This document shows positions 43,119 to 55,108 of a DNA stretch of 64,000 nt, one piece after another. Under the pieces are notes generated by a model that searched no databases, was not told the DNA's origin, and saw only the letters and a list, made by a program, of their open reading frames with translations. Numbering within the stretch: position 1 is the first letter of the stretch; every line of letters starts with the position of its first letter. The stretch spans positions 126,856-190,855 of the forward strand of contig DF237066.1 in the NCBI GenBank assembly GCA_000708835.1. Reading direction: 5' to 3'. A program made the translations under genes and the position numbers. This stretch comes from Klebsormidium nitens. Taxonomy: Eukaryota > Plantae > Klebsormidiophyceae.

Positions 43119-43438
43119 AATGACTGCGTCAAGTGCTCTTGGCGCCTGCAATCTTTGAGTGATATCGTGATTGAAGAAGCACCACTGCCGACTGGGACAG
43201 CTCGAGGTTGGGTTCCTCCACTCTGCGGCGCCTCCACTTGGAACTTGGAAGTGCCACTGGACCAGGGTAGGTATCGTACTATCGATTTATCATTACCGTA
43301 CCTAAGCTCCTCATGCCAGTCATGCAAAATGGACAAAGCAGGCTAGCAGCCGAACTTTTCTCGGAAAAAAGTTGCGGACGCCGGTTTGCTACTGACCGGA
43401 CATGGAACCGCCAACAAGCAACCGGGCCCCCCTGTGAC

Positions 43439-43922
43439 ATTAGGGTTATGTTGCAAGCCTGTGACGGTTTGTTAGGGTCGTGCCACCTTACTGTGACTGC
43501 ACTACGATTAGGGTTATACTAACGGCTGAGGCATATTCTTCGGTTTTTAGTGTTGGTGAGGTTCCCGGTAGTCTTGAATCAGTGCCCGGTTGGTCAAATT
43601 GGACGGTGTTTTCCGAGAAAAGTTCGGCTGCTTTGTTCCTCTTGCGCCAGTCATGCTGCTGAGCTGCAGCACCGTCATTCTGAATTCATGTGGACTCGGC
43701 GCACTGAGTCAAAATTCTCGCGCCATTTTGTGGCAAGGCCGGATCATATATCGACCGTCGATATACACATCTTACTATCTGACGACTGACACGTGCGCGA
43801 CCACGTCAAGCGAACAGCTCTGATTGGTGCGAGCAATGCGGAGGACTGTATGCCGCACGATTAGCGCAAATTACTGGATCGGACGGTTTTCAAGCCTCTC
43901 CCTACAGCGCCACATTAGGGTT
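43439..43922. promoter_or_regulatory. Telo-box-like motifs (ATTAGGGTT) in the divergent F-box/TIN1 intergenic region
   Basis: attagggtt at 43439, 43507 and 43914, and gttagggtc at 43471. Confidence 0.35.
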
Positions 43923-44204
43923 CTCGAAACTTCTCATGCCACTAGCTTGCTCTGGGTTTGAGTCGAAACAGTGGCGGCTGGCAAAGTGGCCTTTCAAAAG
44001 CTCGATCCGTCAAAAGGTCTTGAATTGGAGGAGCGAGGTAGGAAGCATGAGAAGCAGGCCAAACGAAGGCGCCAGGGACGTAGAGGTACGTTAGCCTCGT
44101 TTGAACACCTGCAGCAACAAGCTTTCCTGCAGGAAGGGGGCGGTGGTAGAGAATAAACAAATAGGAGACCAGCTAGAACGTCCCGCAAGATCTTGGTGGC
44201 CGTC

Positions 44205-46228
44205 ATGAAGATTCCTCGACGAGCAAAGCCCTCTCGTCAAGGCCTAGGCATGTCCCCCTTTCTTCTTCCATTTCTTGCCTTGCCCCTCCTTGCCTGCTGG
44301 TCTCTGGGTGTCACAGCGCACGGTGACACCACTAGCGTCATTCAGCATAGAGAGGCCTTTGGGGAGTTGGCACTACACAACGCGGCAGTGAAAGCAGTTG
44401 AAGTAATCAGCAAGCTTCCGCAGTGGCGGTCAGACGCGCAGGCCACTATAGTTGGCTCGCTTGAGGATGTGAATTTTGCTAGTACCACCAAGTATGACTA
44501 CAAGGTTGGCGGATTTGAAAGATGGCCAGAAGGTCTCGAGTTCTCATTCAGTGAGGAGCCGGAGTTGTGGGAAGAGGTCGGCAGTCTGGCGCTACGTGAT
44601 GGGGAAGTTGAGCAAAATGGTGACACAGCATTAGTGGTGAGGCAACAACTAGGCATGGGACATTTGGCAACCCTGCCAGAGATAGACGTCTCTGGAACTG
44701 TGGAGCTGTGGTTTCCGGGAAGTCCAAACCTGAGACTGGCTTTGCCGGTAAGTTGGTAAAGAAATTGCATTTTCTACGATTGCTATATTCTTGACATCCT
44801 TGATGAGCAGACACTCAAAGAGACGCGGCAGTCAACGGGCTAGTGTGCTCAGTCGAAGAGCTGTCGGCCATGCGTTGCCCTAGTACTCCTGTTCTACTGA
44901 AGTGTATTCTTCTCAAGCTGACACTGTTGCCTTGAACAAGAGTATTATTTGCCGTGCATGTATCAATCTCAATGCCTTGCATAAACCTACATTGTTGCAA
45001 CCTGGAGGAGCAAAAATATTGGGTTTAAGACCTGGAGGGCACTGGAAGCTGCCACATGGCATGATATGAGGTTGGACTTATGTCAGGCAAAGGGAGAAAG
45101 TATTGCTGAGGAGCACTGTTCTCTTTTCTGCAGCATGACGTGGAGGCGGGCCCTTTGAAGAAGGTCGTCGTTGCAGAAGGGGCAACAGTGACAATAGTTG
45201 GCGCATCAAAAATCTCATTGGCCCGTCCTCTACGGATTCCCTTGCCTCCAATCGATTCTCCAGAGGAACTGGTCGCAGCAGATGTAGCTCTGCTTTTGAG
45301 GACCGCCGCAAGTCGGTCTGAGAAGCCTGTGGTCAGCCTAGTTGTGGTGGGGGCAACCGCTCTTGTGTCAAAAAGTCCTGTCAGCGAGAATGCAAACGCT
45401 ATCGCAGAAGCAGCAAGGCTCAAGGTGAAAAGATTGTCAGCCGGTGCCCTTGAGTTGTCCGCTCGTGACAATCAGAGCAAGGCCAGCTCTCGAGGAGTGG
45501 CAGCAGAAGGATTGTGGCCCTTTCCTGGTCTTTCAACGTCTGACGACAGGATCATTGCCATCGAGACAGCACTCAGGGAATATGCTGGCAACTCGACCAC
45601 GTTCAACCTTCTGAAAGCGGAAGCGTCGGTGAGCAGCGAACTCATTCTGGTCGGATCATCAGCAGTGCTTTGCTTGACCATGTTTGTTAATCTGCATAGA
45701 GGACTGAATCAGGAACAGGTCCTTTTAGGAAAGTCGTGTCTTTCTGTCGACTTTTCCATATTGCTTCAAGCAGGCTGCTCTCAGGACGCGAAAAGCTTTG
45801 TATCTTCTTGTGAAAGCCCTGTGCTTTCGATATCTGACAACCTACAGATTCCTCGTGAGGAGGACATCAGTCGGTCCACTGCAGATTTGAGACCTTGTGA
45901 CATGATGCACTTTCTCCTACAGGCTCTCAGACTTGTGCGGATGCAGCTGAACCTAGAGAAGAAGCTTCCACAATCTACAGGATCCGGACATGGAGTCCTG
46001 GTGGAAAGGTCTGACGATCTTGACGAACTAGACTCGGAACAGCAAACTTGGGAAGTCGTGGTAACAATGGGAGGGAGAAGCCAACCAGAGCTGTTCTCGG
46101 CTAGACGCATTGGGGCTTCGGTGGGGACTGTTTCGTTGTCTTGGTCAGTAGCTACTGGTAACGGCACGTTTGTCGCCCCAGAGCCCTCCACATTGAGTTC
46201 GGTTGGTCTTATGGATCTGGATGTGTAG
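44205..46228 (+). CDS. TIN1: TUNICAMYCIN INDUCED 1-like secretory-pathway protein; exons 44205-44747, 45134-45628, 45923-46228
   Basis: Signal peptide (PFLLPFLALPLLACWSLGVTA). The junction LRLALP|HDVEAGPLKKVVVAEGATVTIVGASKISLARPL resembles the plant TIN1 family core as I recall it. Second junction KAEAS|ALRLVRMQLNLEKK. Confidence 0.78.
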
Positions 46229-47615
46229 ACGAGGACTCTATCAACCTCCACATTGTGCGAGAACTGTACAGAAAGATGAGAGCTGAGATTGAGATACAGA
46301 TCGTTTGCCAAATAATTTTGTACAATCGAAAACAGGTGGCCGTCGCTTTGGATCATGGTTTGCGCTCATTTGCCCGTGTAGTTTTTTTCTGGAGTGTTTA
46401 TAAAGTGCCACGAGTGCGAGGAGTCAATCAAGCTTCTAAGCAATCCGGGCAGTCGACCTTCTAGCTCCGCATGGGCGGTCGCTGTCCAAAGTCAATGTGT
46501 AGGGCTTCTCTAGAAATCAATACGTATATCAGTACGGTCTGCACTGCGGTCCTCAAGTCCATGTTCAATGGAAACACACGTGAGACACTGAGCGAGCCCG
46601 GCCGCCAGGCGGATCCTATAGTCGTGTACCCGCTAGGCTTTTTCTGTAAGAGAAGGTTGTGTTTCTACCTATGTCAGAAAACGAATCACAGAGCTGTATA
46701 CGGTGTCGCGACCCCGTTAAGGTCCCGGCAGCCACACCGTCATTGGAGAGGGTGCTTGATCAAAAGCGGATGTGCGAGCTGCGGCAGCTTCATGCCAAGA
46801 TATGCCGCGCTGCCATGCGCGTGTACCCATCAAGATGCATATAGACTTTTAATTGGAATGCGACGGGTACTAGGTCGTTCGTTCAGGCTAGCACGTATAA
46901 TGGAACGGCGGGCTTGCCGGGCCGGGGCCGCTCGTACTATAACCTTTCTTCCACAGATCACACTATGATAAGTCAAATCTCAACTATCATGGATCGAGAG
47001 GCGCAATAGTTTTGCATCACTGCGATATTAAAACGGTGCTTTGTGCGGGTGTCCGGGCCCGGCCGCACCTCGTTTGCAATCGTCGCCAACAATCTCCGAG
47101 GCACAATCGGCATTGAACCCTATCGAAGTCAAAAGCTTTATGACTTCTCCAGAACTCTATAGCTTGAAAAATGCTGAACGGTGAAGAAAGGTGGGCCGCT
47201 GTAAGTCCGGTTCGTTTGCTCGGACAAGTTGACCATCCAGTAGTAAACTTAAACAAAGACTCTTTTGACCTCTTCTGACGTGGCCGGCGTCTATTATCAG
47301 TTGCTCTAATACGTCTACGTAGTACACACTTCGCAGTTTCCGTCCGTCTGAGGCGCGCGTGTTAGGAACCGTCTATTTTACCACATATACGCGTATCCGT
47401 CTGCTTATCAGCTACAGTTTATATTAGCTTATAGTTTGCACTTTGTCTTAATAGCCTACGCTGCACTTCCTTCAATCCGTGCGACTAAGCGCACGATCGG
47501 GTGCTTCTAAATAAGAGCTTGCAACTTATGTTATACGCTTGTTTATTACTTGCGGCGGTACCAGGACATTGTATGATCGACACGTATCCGCCAGTTGACC
47601 AGGGGTCAAATGACG

Positions 47616-50600
47616 TCACATGTCAAAGCCGTGCCCGGTTCCATGACTCAGGACACCATTGACCCCGACCTCCGACGCATACTCCGAGCTGACGTCAGGT
47701 GCTGACGCCAAGCTGACGTCAGGTGCTGACGCCAAGCTGACGTCAGATCCGGACGCTTCGTGGCAGAAGCATTCGGACGGGTTGCCGTAAAAGTTGGACG
47801 TCCTCGCACGCTTCGAGGGGCCGCCGTCCCGGAACTCGTGGTCCGTCCGGATCTGTTCCGCTATCGTTTCCCACGGAAGTGCGTTCCGCTGCGCGAGCAG
47901 CGCCGCCAGCTTGCGGTGGTGCGGCTCGATCGTCTTCTTGAAGCCGTCGTACATTCTGTGGGGGCGAACAGTGCGAAAATGTCACCAACTTGACATAGCA
48001 TAGATCCCTAGTTTCGTTTGCAGATTCTCCAGTGGGTACGTGGCAAGATCAAAGTTGCTCAGATCCACGGTAACGATTGAAAGCGTACGTCATCGCTAGC
48101 GTCAGCGTCTGTTTTCGAATCTGCCACAGAAGCACGAGATCGAGCCGTCTTGTAGCATCCAATCAAAAGTCCGTGGCATTGTCTGGCTGAAAGAAGTGAT
48201 ACAGCTTCAGCTGAATTCGACAAGCTACAACATTTTGAGGCATACATGAACGAGTCAAACGAACAGGGCTCTTTTTAGTTGCCTCCAATCAACGCTTTTC
48301 GTTTCAGGTAGTCCTATGCAGAACGGAAGTTGTAAATCGGAAGAAAGCCGCCCGTCAAGTTTGAACGACAGTAAGGTTTACGCTGGGTGTCTCTTCCCGG
48401 CTGCTTTTGATCAATCGTTTCCACTGCCTCTGAAATTACCCTCCGAGAAATCACAAGTATTTTGGCAGCTTTTGAACATCAAATCTTCAGAAAGTCTCTC
48501 ACCGATGCCCCATGATGAGGTTGGGCATGTTCCCCGTGGCCGTCGGGATGAAGACGTCAGCCGCGCGGCCCATGACGTAATCCAGCGCCGCCAGCGAGGA
48601 CGCCTTCTTCTGGAGCGCCGCCAGGTCCGCAGCGTCCAAAAGATCCGCCTTTGCGGACGTCCGCGGGAAGAGCGCCTTAAAAGGGGCCAGACTTTCCGGA
48701 CCTCCGTACAGCTGGGGAAATAGTTTTGAAGGTTCAGGGGGAGCGCTCCTTCATCTCCTAGTCTCTAACTGTGTCGAAGATAAAGTTCGATGCTTATTTG
48801 GAAAGAGGATAGCGAGGCGGCCTTTGCGGACGTCCGCGGGAAGAGCGCCTTGAAGTGGGCCAGACTGGCCGGACCGCCGTACAGATGCGGGGGTAAGGTT
48901 TCTGAGAAGATAGACAGAGCCTTCTTCCACGTTTGAGTCCGGATAAAATTGGAAGGTGGTAGGAGGGCGCCTATTGCGGACGTCCGCAGGAAGAGCACCT
49001 TGAAGGGGGCCAAGCTGACAGGGCCTCCGCACAATTTATAAGCAGTTGTCTTGTGTCAAAGCTGGTGACAGGAACCCAGCAGAAAACTGAAGGGTTGTGG
49101 TCGTTTCCAAACAATGCGGGTCCGGAAACAATTAGTAGGCTTTTGCGGACCATACCTATTTCGCAGTCCTTTCCTTTCTCTAAAGTCAGGAGACCAAGCC
49201 GGAAACCCATACTACGGTCACTCGAGCCTCCATTCCATGCTTCGTCAGCACCGAGTTGCAACAGACCGCCGTGTAATTGCCCGCATCATACATATTATGA
49301 GCAAGGTGAAGGAGTTTCTCAACGACCAACACTTCCGTAGCAAGACTAATGTGTCTTAGCCACGTTTTAACGACAACACGCGCCTCACCTGCTGGTCGTG
49401 CGTCGCCAGGTAGATGTGCGTATTCTCATCGAAGCCCAGAGCCCGCAGGAAGAGCGCGGCCTCCTCCGGTGTTAACGGGCACTGCCCCCGCTGCCGCTGG
49501 CTCTCGGGGGATCGCTTCTCGCGGCTCCGTCGCAGGGTGACGTCCCAATGCGTCATCCGGTAAGCCTGCGCGAGAGAGCCTTTGGGTTCCAAGAATCCGA
49601 CTGTTGACGCCTCATTGTCCACGTCATTTCACGCTATGTTTCAGGTTGAAGCAAGGGGCTGGTTTAAAGATTGTAAAGTAGTGAGCGCTTGAGGGCTCCA
49701 GAGTCAGGCTTCGAAGTCCCGATATTTACACCTGGTTCCATGAGTTATTTTTGGAGAAGAACGATATTGAGATAAGAATTGTGCGGGTTTGTGGTGGCTA
49801 GGTTGTTTCCAGAGCCCACAATTTCACGAAGACAGTTGCGGCGGCTTATTGTGACTTTTTCAAAGAAGATAGAAGAGGACGATACTGAAATGATCTCCAT
49901 ACTCTAAGCCTTAAGCTACGAGGACGCCTTAAGTGGCAACCTTCTCCTCGATCTTCAGTTTTCGCCGTTCTTCCTTAAACATCAAACCCAAGGAAAGTTT
50001 CTCAAAACTTTCGACCACTGAAAGATCAAACTTTCAGATCAGGAACCAAGACCACTTGCTGGGAAAGGTAGCTGCCGACTGCAAACTCACGTGCAGCACT
50101 TTTTGCTCCTCCTTGCCGCCCCCGAAGTTGCACATCGAGTACGCGACCATGTCGATCTCAAACCGCAGGTGAACCGCGATCCAGGGGCGGCCGCCCGTCG
50201 CCGCGCGCATGCGCGCGCTCATCTGGCTGCCCAGGCGCTCGATCTCGGGCGCGAAACGCAGCGCCTGCAAGCAGAGATGTAAGTTAACGCTTAAAACCAC
50301 TGAAACTCGGTTTATGGGCGGATTGTAATCATGTATGTCAGAGTATATCGTGCTTCTCGACGAGCTTTTTGGGTGGTCATATGTCTGCTGACTGACAGCA
50401 CGGTATTTGTTGATGAATGCCCAACTGAAGTTTTTCACTGATCTCCTGCTTTTCGAAAACCTTTCCAGATGACCTTCGATTCCCTTCCCCTTCTCTGATT
50501 CTCCTCCGTATTTTTGAATCGAGACCGTCGTCTGAGCAAGTTTAGCTTTCTGACAGCTGCAAGTCACCTGATTGCTGAGCATCCAGCATAAAACTTGCCT

Positions 50601-53600
50601 CGCAACAGCAACTAATTGGAGTCACGATTTGAGGGCACTGTATGTCACCGACGTTTAGCTGCGGCTGTAGCTGACATCACGTGACGTCAGCACCCCACCT
50701 CATAGTTCGCTTTGCACCGCAACTGCTGCATCCAGTGGGGCAGGTTGTTGTCCAGCCGCTTGGCGAACGGCTTCATCCACACCACGCGCGCGCTCGCGTT
50801 GCGCGGAACGAGGCCGGAACCCGTCGGCTTCGCCGGAACGCCGGAACCGTTGGCGGGCAACACGTGGTGAACGTTGGCGTCGTACCTGTGGCGGTACAGA
50901 AGATTCAAAAGTTGGAACAGAGCAGAGACAGAAAAGAACAAAAACAAGGAAAGGAGCACGTGATTGACGAATGGGGACGGAAGAGCAGAACGGAAGAACG
51001 GAACGGATCAACTCCGATAACTCTCGTGTGACCTAAGAGCCGTGTGACCTAAGATAGGCACCCGGGGGACGGGTGGGGTTGGTATGGTGGTTAGGGTGGG
51101 TTAGGGTGCGGGAGCGGGTGATTATTTGTGTTAGGTTTTTAGTTTGATGTGCCCGGGTAACTCGTATCTTAGGTCACACGCCCGTTAGGTCACACGAGCG
51201 TTACCGGTATAACGGATCATATGTGAAGACGCAAAGAGAGCGTGAAATGGGGGTCTGGAAAGCGAAGAGCAAGAACGGGGAAATGCGCATCCCAGGGTGC
51301 GTAAAATATTATCATCTTTATGGTATTATCTCCGCAGTGCTTTAGTTTAATTTCAGACACAATTTAACAAAGAAAATATTGAATCAATATCTTTGATAAA
51401 AGCAGGCGACGAGGGTTTCTTACCAATCGAGGCGCGCGTTGCGCGGGATGTTCCGCAGGGTTTCGAGGTTTCCGCCGAACGCGGTCGACGGCGCGCCGCG
51501 CTCGACGCGCACGTGGCCCTCCAGGGACTGGATGAAGTGTTCCAGGTCGAAGAGGTCTTGGAACTTGCTGCACGTGACACGTGGCGCAAAGTGAATGCTT
51601 GGGGCAGGGTGGCTATATTCTGTCAGGGTTTCGAGGTTCTTATGGCTCCAGGGTCTAGATAACGTGGGCAGTTCCGAGAGGTCCTGCCATGTCTTTCAAG
51701 AAAACAGAAAGGCGCAGCTGACAGCTGTTAAACGAGCATGGCTATTTTCTTAGCTTCACAAGGTTCTCGAGTCTCTGAGAATCGCTGATCTTGTGTTAGA
51801 ACCTTCCCTATGGTTTCACGACTGTCAAGTGATCCTGTTTTGTGGATGTTGCCTGTCATGTGTCTTAACGCCTTACTGTCCGAATCCATCAGATCCTTGT
51901 GCCTGATTCGTTCCAAAAGCCTTCGTTCCATCTCTCAAGAGGTCGGTATGATGCAAGCGCTTCTTCCGTCATGCACATCCTAACGTGGCCGCATGTTTTC
52001 CTTCGACTCTATCGGGCAGCCAGCAGGAAGGCTCTTTTTACTGTTTGGTCGCGCAGAATAGAGACGGATTCTGTATCGGTCGATGGAAGTCGGAGCACTA
52101 CGTTCGCTTTTGGGGCTTCAAAGCGCACAAGTCGCTGCTTCGACCGCCTAACTGCGGTCACGTCGATCTCAAGCAGGCAGTTCCGTCAAGCAGAATGTGG
52201 ATAGGACTTACGTGTGGTCGTTCCAAACCGCGTGGGCTTGGAGGTACGGTACCAGCAGGGTCAGGTTCAGGTACCGGGCCAAGGCCACCGCGTTGCAAAC
52301 CTGTAGTAAGACTTAGTAGGAATCGAAACAGAGCCGTAAGACTCCAAAGCTGGTTGTTGAACCACTTCTATATACAGTTGCGTAGAAGTCAGGGCGTCAG
52401 CACTCAAGAGCAGTTCTGAAGCTTCTTCGAAATAGTACGATAAGTGCGCGCCCAGAATCAATCGTTCTGACGCCGCCACATTTTGACTTTGAGACAGCTT
52501 CGAATGAGCGCCCGTTCGTCTCGACATGTACCCGCTTTACTGGATCCATTTCGATATGGGCAGAAACCGCTCACAAAAGACGTCCGTTATCTTCACTTTG
52601 CAGATGCTGACGTCGGGGCGCAAGAAATCAAGAAGCTCGCGCGAAGCAGAAGAGCACGACACGCGTCGCGGAAAGCACATTCGACTGCACGGCACAAGGG
52701 CTTACCGCTGCTCGCTGCTGGTTAAGACCTCCGTTACACTGAACCATGAGGTAACCCGTCGGAACGTACGGCGCTGCACGAGATGGGTAATGAATTTCAA
52801 TGCTCATCGATCTCCGTAACTTGAGATCTAGTTTCCTCCAAAGTACAATCCGTCAAGTGCCAGTTCATAATTGGCAACTGCCGAATTGCATGTAAGGACC
52901 CTGAGCCTCGAAGTGTCAACCTGCGCTGTTAACAAAGGCCGTTCGGTGAGGCTGACGTCACCAGAGCAGCTCGTATACGTCGGCAACCAGTGCGCCCAGA
53001 CCACAGTTGAAACCAAGATTTCCGACTTACGTTCTTCCGTTGCCATCTTCTCGAGGCAAGGCCGGAACCCCTTCCGGTCCGGAGCCTTCCAGAGGTCCAG
53101 CTGGCGAGAGCCTCCCTTTTGCTGACCCCTTCCCTCTTCCGTCAAAACCACTCCCTTTTCAGTTTCCGTTTCCGCTTCCGTTTCCTCTTCGCTATTATTA
53201 TTTGCCCTCTTGGGGGCCGTCGCTCTCGGCCGCTCTTCCCAATCCGTTTCCGTTGCCGTTTCCATATCCGTTTCCGTTGGCGCACCTGTCATTCCAGTCA
53301 CGACCAGCCCTTCAGATCCACGCGACTTGCGCTCTCTCGCCCCCGCCGCCTCAACCCTACTCTCTCCTCCTTCTCGACCTGCTTCATCAACCGTTTGCAA
53401 CCCCTCTGTTTCCTGGACCTTCCCCACCCCCACACGATTACGTTCCGGTTCCGCTACGTCAAAACTCTGCTCCTCAACGACTCGTTCCGCTGTCGTTCTC
53501 GCTCCCATCTCCGCATCCTCTTCGCTCACGCTTCTCGCACTTAGTTCAGCACGCACGTCGTCCAATCTGCTGAACCCTCGCCACCACCCCGCCGCCGCCA

Positions 53601-55108
53601 CTCTCCCCCCAACCTCGTTCTTGGGAACGCCAGCATCCGTTACTTCATTACGCCCCAGACCTATCTCCCCGCTTTCCTTTTCCCTTACTTCCGTGTCCTC
53701 TCCCGTATTCTCAGCTCCCGCATGGAGCTCGCGCTTCTCCCCCTGTAACATTTCATTCGACTCCCGTGCCAGCTGTGCTAAACCTGGGGACGACTGTCCT
53801 AATCCTGTGTCTGACAGCTGTTCATTCTGTGCCGACGGCTGTCCGAGCGCTTCTGACAGCTGTCCGAGCCCGTTTGACAGATCCCCGTCCCCCTTTGACA
53901 GGTGTTCAATCCTTACTGACAAATGCCCGTGCCCCTGTGACAGCTGTGCGTGGCTCTCCGACAGCTGTCCAACGCTGTGCCCGTCACTGTGTCCACTGTG
54001 CGCGTGCGACTTTGACTTTGACTTGTGCTTGCTGACTTTGACGATGGTAGCGGGCCTCGCAGTCAAGTTCGCGCCGCCTAGTAGCGCTCTGACACGTGGC
54101 TCGCTGAGCGCTGTGCTTTGGGACCGATCTGGGGAGAAGTCCTGCATAAAGAGAAGTTTGCTTTACAGGTCTGCAGAATTTGTCAATAAGTGCTCTTCCT
54201 TCTTTCACTGTGGACTGGCCTAGAAATCAGTCTCCCGTGGATGCGAAGTCTGGTTTACCCGCGGGTGTATGTACGTGGCTGTTGCATTCTGTTTCGTCTT
54301 GCCTGCAGTTCGTCCAGTTTCGTCTGGGCTCTCTTGCCAAGATGCATTGCAACTGATGTATTAAGCTGTCAGCAGTGAAGGAGTTTGCCCACACCTGGTA
54401 TTTGGTGGTTGTCTGGAATGTGAGATGCAGACGATTGCTGGATATATTGCTGTGACTTAAGAATCGAAGTTTCGCAACGTACAACCTGATTCCACGTACT
54501 CCCATCAATCAGCTGCTTTGGTCCTTGCCATTGACAGCCCCTTTCTGCCAACTGTCGTTTCTGTTGACCTCGTGTGTGCACGGGCTCTTTTCACTATACA
54601 AGAAAGCTGCCTCCAAAGCTCGTAACTTGCAGCACTTGCATGAAAGCTGTCAAGTGGGTCCACCGAGCAATAGATACAACACTCAAGCAGCCCCACCTTC
54701 ATCTCTTCAGCTGTCTTCTAGCCATTCCCCGTTTCATTGTAGATAACCGACGACAACAAAAGCATTTGCATGCACGGCATTGTTGCTACCAGACCTCACC
54801 TGGTTCACACGAGAAGATGACGACAGCACTGCCGTCACAAACAACGCCGTCAACGCGAGCGCCACTAGCGCGTTGCCCGCCCGCCGCACCTCCTTCATCC
54901 AACCCCCTTTCTTTGAAGCCAAAACCAAACCCCCATCGTGGCCTTTTTCGTACACCCCCTGAGTCACTGGCAAAGCGTCCACTTTCTGCTTGCATGGCGG
55001 CGCGGCAGCCCAGCTTGAGCGTTTTGCGGTGCGCGCTGGGTTAAAGGGCGGTGGTTCCAGCTTAACCAGGGTTTCCGGAAGGGTGCTGTAGCTGCGCGAT
55101 CGCCCCAT
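47616..55108 (-). CDS. Plant-type O-fucosyltransferase family protein (DUF246/GT106-like), 10 exons: 55108-54800, 54141-53031, 52773-52706, 52300-52212, 51567-51424, 50885-50699, 50264-50091, 49565-49389, 48711-48503, 47955-47616
   Basis: Type II TM anchor and a long stem, then [80 protein letters not shown]...DVFIP...GNM...GHR and NPSECFC. Confidence 0.9.
48790..49045 (-). repeat. Two degenerate intronic copies of the start of the O-fucosyltransferase exon at 48711
   Basis: Real exon: LYGGPESLAPFKALFPRTSAK. Copies: LYGGPASLAHFKALFPRTSAK (~48885) and CGGPVSLAPFKVLFLRTSAI (~49035). Confidence 0.9.
51011..51210. mobile_element. 200-bp intronic MITE with ~45-bp TIRs and a 9-bp TSD (Mutator-like)
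   Basis: Left ccgataactctcgtgtgacctaagagccgtgtgacctaagata matches the reverse complement of the right end, ccggtaacgctcgtgtgacctaacgggcgtgtgacctaagata. AACGGATCA is duplicated at 51002-51010 and 51211-51219. Confidence 0.85.

Noticed and set aside
45781-46356. 191-aa minus-strand ORF
   Set aside because: Antisense to the TIN1 exons.
53210-54223. 337-aa Ser/Pro-rich + strand ORF and overlapping ORFs at 53007-53573
   Set aside because: Antisense shadow of the low-complexity O-fucosyltransferase exon 2.
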